Origin: Flavihumibacter sp.
GTDB lineage: Bacteria > Bacteroidota > Bacteroidia > Chitinophagales > Chitinophagaceae
DNA: 64,000 bases
Direction: 5' to 3'
Assembly: GCF_036676075.1 (NCBI RefSeq)
Contig: NZ_JAKFDQ010000016.1
Coordinates: 104,071-168,070 of the forward strand
The first letter of the stretch is position 1; the number at the start of each line of letters is the position of its first letter. The notes under the pieces were generated by a model that saw only the letters and a program-made list of their open reading frames with translations, searched no databases and was not told where the DNA came from. This document shows positions 57,039 to 64,000 of the stretch, one piece after another. Position numbers and translations under genes: made by a program.

Positions 57039-57860
57039 TCATTTCAGAAAATCATTTGTCTTTACTCGTGTGAACTCCGGTGAACAATCAAAAAAGTAAT
57101 TTAGCAGATTCAGGTGATCTGAACCAAATATTACCAGAATTCTATCAGATGCATTGGCATTAATTCGCTGAATATTTCTGAATATTTTTAAATTTCTACT
57201 GAACCATCGGCCTGTTTCAAAATCAACACCTGTAAAATCATGCTCCTGCGATTCATATTTAAATAGGCCTATCAGATAGTTACCCAGACTTTTTTTTATG
57301 TTTACTTCATCATTGGATTGACGTAAATCAGCCAGAATACCTTTGGTTTTGAATAGTGGAATACTATTATATCGTTTCGAAGAATCAGGATTGTTTACAA
57401 AATATGTTTCAAATTTATTGGCTTCAATGCTGTCCTTCCCACTTATGATGCTATCGATTTTATTATTAAAATTCCCCCACTCATCAACACAGTATAATTT
57501 CTTTAGGCCCATCTGTTTTGCTAACCTGAATCCAATTTGTTCTTCTTCGTTTCTTTTAAGCTGGTAGTTACCTTTTAGGTATTGATTAAAGATTGAATCA
57601 GTTTTATGTTGTTTATTAGGTTGCCTTTCTATGACAATAATGGTGGGTTTGAACCTCGCAATTTTACTCACTATATCTTCTATCTCTTTTTGAAACCTAG
57701 GTTCCAGAACATCAATTTGATCATTTTTACTGATTTGTTTTACGTCTAAATTTGGGAAATTGAAATGAAAGGTCCCCAATGTCATCACTTCCGTTTTGGG
57801 GGACTGGGCAACTATAATGGCAGAGAAGAGTGTCAGCAAGATTGTGAAAATTGCTTTCAT
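57039..57860 (-). CDS. exported DUF5694-like protein; start revised to 57860
   Basis: Signal peptide; LGTFHF, EQIGFRLAK, RNLKIFRNI, FGSDH. Confidence 0.75.
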   Translation of the reverse strand: MKAIFTILLTLFSAIIVAQSPKTEVMTLGTFHFNFPNLDVKQISKNDQIDVLEPRFQKEIEDIVSKIARFKPTIIVIERQPNKQHKTDSIFNQYLKGNYQLKRNEEEQIGFRLAKQMGLKKLYCVDEWGNFNNKIDSIISGKDSIEANKFETYFVNNPDSSKRYNSIPLFKTKGILADLRQSNDEVNIKKSLGNYLIGLFKYESQEHDFTGVDFETGRWFSRNLKIFRNIQRINANASDRILVIFGSDHLNLLNYFFDCSPEFTRVKTNDFLK

Positions 57861-57869
57861 TTTATTTTT

Positions 57870-57906
57870 GACGTATAACGGTCTGAGCGCCGGACTTGTT
57901 ACAGCC
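57870..57906 (-). mobile_element. minimal attC-like site 4
   Basis: GACGTATAAC-GGTCTGAGCGCCGGACTT-GTTACAGCC: AAC/GTT cores around an 18-nt centre, 9 nt before the downstream ATG. Confidence 0.5.
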
Positions 57907-57933
57907 ACTTATAAAGTTTCTTTGTTGGCAATG

Positions 57934-58356
57934 CTATTGTACAATTTTACAACCTTTAGTATCGGCTTTTAATTGGTTCTCAATATTTTGTGCATCAATC
58001 AATGCCCAATGTTCAATAATTCTTCCTTCTTTTATTTTAAACTGCCTGTATCCGCTTGTTTGCAATTCAACGCCTGTAGGTTCAATGCCCCGCCAAATAC
58101 CGATATGTTTTAAATTCATTCTTATTTTGACGATGCATTGGTCGCCTTCTGTTACCTGGTCTTCAATGATGGTCTGGTGTTCGAATGAAAGGCCGGTGTT
58201 GATGATCCATTTTTTTGTTCCTTCCTTATCAGGCGAAAGCATTGGTGGCAACGAGTGATCTTTAAAGTGGGGATGTAAGAAGTTTCCCAGGTCTTCCAGC
58301 GTTTTGTTGTTCCAGATCTGGTCAATAAATTTCTGTACCAAAATTGAGTTGTCCAT
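57934..58356 (-). CDS. SnoaL-like ester cyclase
   Basis: HIGIWRGIEPTG...GRIIEHW. Confidence 0.88.
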   Translation of the reverse strand: MDNSILVQKFIDQIWNNKTLEDLGNFLHPHFKDHSLPPMLSPDKEGTKKWIINTGLSFEHQTIIEDQVTEGDQCIVKIRMNLKHIGIWRGIEPTGVELQTSGYRQFKIKEGRIIEHWALIDAQNIENQLKADTKGCKIVQ

Positions 58357-58410
58357 TTGCGAATGATTTTAATGTATTCGCAAAATTGGTGATCAGACTA
58401 ATAACGCACC

Positions 58411-58426
58411 TGTGTCAAAAATCACA
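58411..58426. promoter_or_regulatory. CRP-box-like site TGTGT-CAAAAA-TCACA
   Basis: 9/10 match to TGTGA-N6-TCACA, between the Crp gene and the ester cyclase gene. Confidence 0.55.
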
Positions 58427-58430
58427 AAAT

Positions 58431-58994
58431 TCATTTTACAGCACGAAATCTGCTTAATGTTTCTCTGCTGATTCCTAGGTACGATGCTGTTTGAGTAAGT
58501 GAAATTCTTTGTAAGAAGTCGGGATGTTTTGAAACTAATGCATCAAAACGTTGTTTGGGTGATAATAGTTTGAAGCTGTCTGAATGTTCTTCCTGTTTGG
58601 CCATGATCTGTTCTAATACCTTCCTTCCAAAAGTTTCAATCTGGTGCGATTGGTTGTAGGCCTCAAGCAGTTTGGATTTGTCAATTCGTATCGCCTTTGT
58701 TTTCTCAGAAGCTTTTATGGTGTATGCGGATTTTACAGATTTAGTGAGGCTCTGGATATTTGTGGCGAAATCATTTTCAAAATAGAATGCGGTATTAATT
58801 TCTTTTCCATCCAGGTTATAGCACGATTTGCATAGCCCTGAACTGATAAAGAAAATTGCGTTGCAGATTTGTCCTTCTTTCAGAACGGGTTCATTTTTTT
58901 TAAATTCCATTTCTCTCAGACATGTGCATAGAACCGTCCAGTTTTGCTCTGAAAGTTCGGTTATAGATCTGATGTAATTTTTAAAGTTTTCCAT
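58431..58994 (-). CDS. Crp/Fnr-family transcriptional regulator
   Basis: cNMP fold; ASYLGISRETLSR HTH. Confidence 0.92.
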   Translation of the reverse strand: MENFKNYIRSITELSEQNWTVLCTCLREMEFKKNEPVLKEGQICNAIFFISSGLCKSCYNLDGKEINTAFYFENDFATNIQSLTKSVKSAYTIKASEKTKAIRIDKSKLLEAYNQSHQIETFGRKVLEQIMAKQEEHSDSFKLLSPKQRFDALVSKHPDFLQRISLTQTASYLGISRETLSRFRAVK

Positions 58995-59052
58995 GCAGGT
59001 GGTTGTCCGGAAAAATAATGGCGGCCAATATTTGAATTTATGAAATTTTGAA

Positions 59053-59453
59053 GAAGGGATCGATAGTACTATAGCCGGCTAGTTTGGTCATCTTCCCGGT
59101 TACTTTTTTACAAATCGGAACTAGGTGGTAGTGCTAGATGGTTTTTTGGTTGCGCGATTATTTTACAATTCGAAAGTAGGTGTGGGGAGGGATGTTGTTT
59201 TTCGGGCGCGGGATTATTTTACAATTCGAAAGTAGGTGTGGTGAGGGATGTTGATATTCTGCTACGGTGATTTAGTTTCGATTTGTAAGAAATAAATGCA
59301 CTGAGCAATAGGTACTAGTTATTGCCGTACTTTCAATCTGTAAGAAATCAATGCACTGTGTTATAGGTACTAGTTGTGACCGTACTTTCGATTTGTAAGA
59401 AATCAATGCACTATGTTATAAGTACTAGTTGTGACCGTACTTTCGATTTGTAA
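59053..59453. repeat. divergent repeat array B, homologous to array A
   Basis: Forward copies at 59053 (degenerate), 59108, 59163, 59219; inverted copies at 59272, 59327, 59382, 59437. Confidence 0.92.
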
Positions 59454-59645
59454 AATCCCTCTCTTTCCGGCATTCAGATTAACTTCCCCCATTTTTTGGC
59501 CTCCCCAAAATACCTCCTGCGCCAGTTTTAATACCTCCTGCGCCATAAATCATACCACCCGCGAATTTCATTTGGAATCCTTACTGTAACATACTATTCT
59601 TGTTACTGTATTGATGACGGGTAGCCTGCAAAGGCTCATTTTTGC

Positions 59646-59777
59646 AAAAACCTACGGGACTGCCGTGAGAGTGCCGAGAGAGTGCCTAGATAGTCCTTAA
59701 AAACCCTGTAGAAACCCTGCAAAAACCCTATGGAAACCCCTGCCGAAGTACGGGAAAACCCAAGTGAACTGTCACGA
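59646..59777. repeat. second 11-bp-period degenerate tract (about 12 units)
   Basis: AGAGTGCCGAG/AGAGTGCCTAG, then AAACCCTGTAG/AAACCCTGCAA/AAACCCTATGG in register. Confidence 0.75.
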
Positions 59778-59891
59778 ATAGCACCCCCCGTATGGCACGA
59801 ATGACCTGTTTTGAAGCACTGATCAGCTTATTTTGCATTGTTCTACCCGGTCAACTGTCACGAATGAACATTTTTATAACGGAACCAGTAA

Positions 59892-60503
59892 ATGTATATA
59901 CCAAAACACTTTTCAGAAGAAGATATATCGCAAATTCTAAGCTTTATGAAGGAGTTTAGTTTTGCAACGATCGTTTCCATGCAGGATAGTATGCCTGTTG
60001 CAACGCACCTGCCGTTTGTAATTGAGGAAAGAGAAGACAAAATTATTCTTGTTGCTCATTTTGCCAGGGCAAATGAACAGTGGAAAGCGATGGAACAACA
60101 AACTGCTTTGATAATATTCGCTGAGCCACATGCCTATATTTCGCCAACGCATTATGAAACAGAGTTGAATGTACCAACCTGGAATTATGTTGCCGTTCAT
60201 GCCTATGGTAAAGTAGAGATTATAGCAGACAAGCAAAAGACTATTGAGGTGTTAGAGAAAACGATCCGCAATTATGAAGCAGGTTATGAGCAACAATGGA
60301 ACCAGCTTCCTGAAAAATATAAGGATGGTATGGTTAAGGGGATTGTTGCTTTTGAAGTTACAGTAACTGATCTCCAGGCAAAGTATAAATTAAGTCAGAA
60401 CAGGACTGAAATAGAAAGAAAATCAATTATTGAAAGCCTAAAGAATAGTAAGAGTGCCGTTGAACATAAGGTTGGTGAACTAATGGAGAATAGAAGTGTT
60501 TGA
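59892..60503 (+). CDS. PaiB-like FMN-binding negative transcriptional regulator
   Basis: MYIPKHF, ATHLPF, HAYISP, VPTWNYVAVH, KLSQNR. Confidence 0.92.
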   Translation: MYIPKHFSEEDISQILSFMKEFSFATIVSMQDSMPVATHLPFVIEEREDKIILVAHFARANEQWKAMEQQTALIIFAEPHAYISPTHYETELNVPTWNYVAVHAYGKVEIIADKQKTIEVLEKTIRNYEAGYEQQWNQLPEKYKDGMVKGIVAFEVTVTDLQAKYKLSQNRTEIERKSIIESLKNSKSAVEHKVGELMENRSV

Positions 60504-60558
60504 AATCTAAATTTCCCAACTAACCAAACAGAATCTCCTTCCCGTTGGTTATAACCAG

Positions 60559-62055
60559 ATGCCAAAACCGGTTACGATCATTTTTCCGCACCAGCTATTT
60601 CAAAATCATCCTGCCTTAGCACCAGGCAGCACGGTTTACCTCGTTGAAGAATGGTTGTTTTTTAGGCAGTATACCTTCCACAAACAAAAACTGGTCTTGC
60701 ATAGGGCCAGTATGAAGTTTTATGAAAGCTGGTTGCGTGAGAATGGTTTTACCGTCAATTATATTGAAACGACAGTTCCTGAAAATGATATCAGGCAATT
60801 GGTTGAAACCCTGGCTAAGCAACATGTAAACGATATCCATATTGCTGCTGTAGCCGATGACTGGTTGCATAAAAGAATAAGGGAGGCATGCACTAAGCAT
60901 AATATAAAACTGCAGATTTATGATAGTCCGGCATTTATAAATACTCCCCACGCTGTTGAAGATTACTTCAATAAGAAGAAGAAATATTTCCAGACCGATT
61001 TTTATACCAGTCAGCGGTCGCGGCGCAATATCTTACTGGACAAAGATGGAAAACCTCTCGGCGGCAAATGGACCTATGATGCTGAAAACCGACAGAAATT
61101 TCCAAAGAAGGAAAGGGTCCCTGCCATTCAATTGACTGCAGAGAATATGTTTGTATCTGAAGCCAGGCAGTATATAGAAAAGCATTTCCCCCACAATTAC
61201 GGCGACATCAACAGCCCCTGCTTATTTGCAGTCACCTTTTCAGATGCAGAAAACTGGCTGGATGATTTCCTTACCAACCGTTTTGAGAAGTTTGGAATTT
61301 ATGAAGACGCCATCGTCGCCAAAGAAGCCGTGCTGCATCATTCCGTACTAACCCCAATACTTAATACCGGTTTGCTGCAACCGCAACAGATTCTCGACAA
61401 AGCCCTGGCCGCTGGCAAAGAATTCAATATCCCTTTAAACTCCCAGGAAGGCTTTATCCGGCAGATCATGGGCTGGCGGGAGTTCATCCACATCGTGTAT
61501 GCGCGGGAAGGCAGCCGGCAACGCAGCACCAATTACTGGAAATTCAAGCGGAAGATCCCACAATCTTTCTGGACGGGTACAACAGGCATTGATCCCATCG
61601 ACATTACTATTAAAAAGGTGCTACAAACCGGCTATTGTCACCATATTGAAAGACTCATGGTGCTGGGGAATTTTATGCTCCTGTGCGAATTTGATCCCGA
61701 TGATGTGTATCGCTGGTTTATGGAAATGTTTATTGATGCCTATGATTGGGTAATGGTGCCAAATGTTTATGGAATGAGCCAGTTTGCTGATGGCGGCCTT
61801 ATGACCACCAAGCCCTATATCAGCGGAAGTAATTATTTAATGAAGATGAGCGATTATGCAAAAGGGGATTGGCAACCTGTATGGGATGGACTCTTCTGGC
61901 GTTTTATGCATGTGCACCGGAGTTTCTTTTTGTCAAATCCGCGCTTAGGCATGCTGGTGAACAGCTTTGATAAGATGCCTCCCGAAAAACAACAACTTCA
62001 TTTAAACAATGCAGAAAACTATTTACAAAACCTCGATACCCAATTCATACAATGA
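60559..62055 (+). CDS. cryptochrome/(6-4) photolyase-related protein (PhrB-like clade)
   Basis: IFPHQL, HKQKLVLHRASM, GGKWTYDAENR, GWREF, HHIERLM, DAYDWV, TKPYISG. Confidence 0.88.
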   Translation: MPKPVTIIFPHQLFQNHPALAPGSTVYLVEEWLFFRQYTFHKQKLVLHRASMKFYESWLRENGFTVNYIETTVPENDIRQLVETLAKQHVNDIHIAAVADDWLHKRIREACTKHNIKLQIYDSPAFINTPHAVEDYFNKKKKYFQTDFYTSQRSRRNILLDKDGKPLGGKWTYDAENRQKFPKKERVPAIQLTAENMFVSEARQYIEKHFPHNYGDINSPCLFAVTFSDAENWLDDFLTNRFEKFGIYEDAIVAKEAVLHHSVLTPILNTGLLQPQQILDKALAAGKEFNIPLNSQEGFIRQIMGWREFIHIVYAREGSRQRSTNYWKFKRKIPQSFWTGTTGIDPIDITIKKVLQTGYCHHIERLMVLGNFMLLCEFDPDDVYRWFMEMFIDAYDWVMVPNVYGMSQFADGGLMTTKPYISGSNYLMKMSDYAKGDWQPVWDGLFWRFMHVHRSFFLSNPRLGMLVNSFDKMPPEKQQLHLNNAENYLQNLDTQFIQ

Positions 62056-62210
62056 AAGCGGTAAAGAAAGAGAACCTGCCTACAAAAATATGCCTGGCTT
62101 GTAACCGACCCTTTAGCTGGCGCAAGAAATGGGCTAAGGTGTGGACGGATGTAAAATATTGTAGTGATAAATGCAGAAATAATAAAAATGCAAAAAGTAA
62201 TAACTCCTGA
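62052..62210 (+). CDS. DUF2256 small Cys-rich protein (not in the ORF track)
   Basis: MKAVKKENLPTKICLACNRPFSWRKKWAKVWTDVKYCSDKCR...; ATGA overlap with the photolyase stop. Confidence 0.88.
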   Translation: MKAVKKENLPTKICLACNRPFSWRKKWAKVWTDVKYCSDKCRNNKNAKSNNS

Positions 62211-62493
62211 ATTATCTGTGTCAACCTTAAATGTAAGAGACGTTGATCGCATTATTGAAATGGCCTGGGAAGATCGTACGCCCTTTGAAGCGATCGAGAT
62301 GCAGTTTGGCCTGAAAGAGAAAGATGTGATCGCGCTTATGCGCAGGGAAATGAAGTCTAGTAGTTTCCGGATGTGGCGGAAGCGAACCAACGGGAGAGGA
62401 ACAAAGCATGCAGCATTGAGAGGAGAGGAGGTAAAGCGATTTAAGTGTAAGCGGCAGAGAGTTATAACAAGCAATAGGGTCAGTAAGCGTTAG
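62188..62493 (+). CDS. TIGR03643/DUF2805 family protein; start revised
   Basis: RIIEMAWEDRTPFEAI...SSFRMWRKR. Confidence 0.88.
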   Translation: MQKVITPELSVSTLNVRDVDRIIEMAWEDRTPFEAIEMQFGLKEKDVIALMRREMKSSSFRMWRKRTNGRGTKHAALRGEEVKRFKCKRQRVITSNRVSKR

Positions 62494-62518
62494 ATGGTGT
62501 GCGGCAATAGGATTCTTT

Positions 62519-63358
62519 TCACCTATCTACAGTTTTGGGCATGTCAGGCTTCTCCTCAATATTCCTATCAATAGTAATAAATGGACTGATCATCAGGTAC
62601 CAAAAGGTTTGCTTCTTAGCACTGTCAAACTCCTTTAACCCATAATGGCGTGATGCAACCGGACTGTATTTATAGGTTCCGAATATTTTATCCCAGAAAA
62701 CAAATATGTCGGCAAAGTTTGAATCGGTATAATACTGGTTCTGGTCATGATGCACCTTATGGATGTTGGGTGTGATAAACACCTTCCCGAATACTTTATC
62801 GGTCCAGGCTGGTAACTGTACATTGGCATGTTGCGCTACCAGGAAGGGCAGTTGCACAATCAGGTAAACGCCTAAAATCTGAAGGTCGATTCCGAAAATA
62901 ATACAACCTACTGTACTGGCTGTTCCAAATACCAAAACTTCCAGTGGATGCCCCCTGAAAAACGTAGAGGTGTCCATCCTCGTATCACTGTGATGCACCC
63001 GGTGAAGCCTCCAGAACAAGGGTGACCTATGTGCCAGCCGATGGAACCAATAGGAGGAGAGATCGAGGCACATCACGCCAATGATCACCTTTAACCAAAG
63101 CGGTAGTTCAATCAAATGAAATAGCCCGATCTCATTTGCGGATGACCACTTTACGATGCCTACCTGAACTAGGGCAAAAGCCAGGTTGGCAAAGAAAAAC
63201 GGAAGCTGGAATAGAACGTTATTGACGAAGTGATTTAAGCGGTGGTCAAATTTAAATGGACTTCCAAGCAGATGCTCCAGACTGTAAAACAAAGCTATCA
63301 GGATGATGATAATATAATTACCATCAATCGAGCCAATGTATTTAATTATGCTTTCCAT
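62519..63358 (-). CDS. sterol desaturase/fatty-acid hydroxylase family protein
   Basis: His boxes HRLAH, HRVHH, HKVHH. Confidence 0.9.
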   Translation of the reverse strand: MESIIKYIGSIDGNYIIIILIALFYSLEHLLGSPFKFDHRLNHFVNNVLFQLPFFFANLAFALVQVGIVKWSSANEIGLFHLIELPLWLKVIIGVMCLDLSSYWFHRLAHRSPLFWRLHRVHHSDTRMDTSTFFRGHPLEVLVFGTASTVGCIIFGIDLQILGVYLIVQLPFLVAQHANVQLPAWTDKVFGKVFITPNIHKVHHDQNQYYTDSNFADIFVFWDKIFGTYKYSPVASRHYGLKEFDSAKKQTFWYLMISPFITIDRNIEEKPDMPKTVDR

Positions 63359-63374
63359 AATTCAGTGGTTGATT

Positions 63375-64000
63375 TTATTTAATCTCAAACAACACCATAT
63401 TTATTCCTGCATCACCATCGGCAGAAAAGTAAAATGCAGCACCTGGTTCTATATAGAAATACTCCCCCCACTTCAATCGCGAAAGTTCTTTTCCTTTTTC
63501 ATTATGGATGATTACCTGCCTGCCCGCAACCATCTGTGCTACCATCGGTCCACGGTCCTTAATGATTTCACCATTGAGCTCTCCCGCCATTAACCTGTAA
63601 GCAACCACTCTTTCATTTTCAAACAATAGCGGAAAGGGTAGTGGCTCCAATTTTGTTCCGGCTTAAAAGCCAAAAGCAACTCAACATCGGTTACATGAAA
63701 AGGGACAGTATCGCAATTACTCACCCTGTGCACCAGGGTGTCATTTTCAAATGATCTGTAAGAAGCATTACCTATGGTGTTTTTCCCGCTTTGCCATTCT
63801 TTTCCTTTTATCTGTGTGCATACCATGGTGGTTGAATAATGCACGAAAACAGAGGGGGTGGAATGGATATGAAACATAGTTGTATCGCCCGGCTCTATAT
63901 TTACATCCAATAGCCTGATATATTTATTTTCCAGGCTCAACTTATGCAATGGTTCTTTGCTTACCTGCACCTGGGCAGATACTGCATATGAGTTGCATAT
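63375..64000 (-). pseudogene. exported cupin-like protein split by a 1-nt frameshift; 5' end outside the window
   Basis: The frame is open from 64000 through the signal-peptide end (VSA-Q). Adding one A to the A4 run at 63651-63654 joins FKPEQ to KLEPLPFPLLFENERV. Confidence 0.65.

Noticed and set aside
1-64000. Numerous 60-200 aa antisense or nested ORFs in the track; rRNA, tRNA, transposases, phage genes
   Set aside because: The nested ORFs lie opposite well-supported genes and lack motifs. No structural RNA or transposase signature was recognised by eye, and tRNAscan/Infernal were not run.

Overview
Bacteroidota genomic window. A Chitinophagaceae-like origin is inferred from gene content and TAnnTTTG-type promoters. 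Positions 1-38.8 kb and 59.9-64 kb are mostly housekeeping and metabolic genes: aconitase, ggt, peptidases, xerD, manA, rnhA, carboxylase beta, dcd, a D-threonine-aldolase-family cluster and a photolyase cluster. The first 3 kb hold a compact signalling operon: a 45-aa membrane peptide, a lipoprotein ending in PCPxxC, a multi-TM membrane protein, a 1-TM histidine kinase, a NarL-type regulator and a translationally coupled NRAMP-like transporter. The region from about 38.8 to 59.8 kb is visibly more AT-rich and accessory, and it carries three kinds of non-coding structure that the genes do not explain. (i) Integron-attC-like hairpins at 53.7-57.9 kb, whose core sites match across the intervening genes as expected for excisable cassettes; no integron integrase is in the window. 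(ii) Two homologous, divergently arranged arrays of a 17-bp motif with about 55-bp period, at 44.8-45.2 kb and 59.05-59.45 kb, each directly upstream of a Crp/Fnr gene. (iii) Two drifting 11-bp-period tracts at 40.9-41.1 kb and 59.65-59.78 kb. No rRNA, tRNA, CRISPR or transposase was recognised. All family assignments come from motif recognition by eye, not from database searches.
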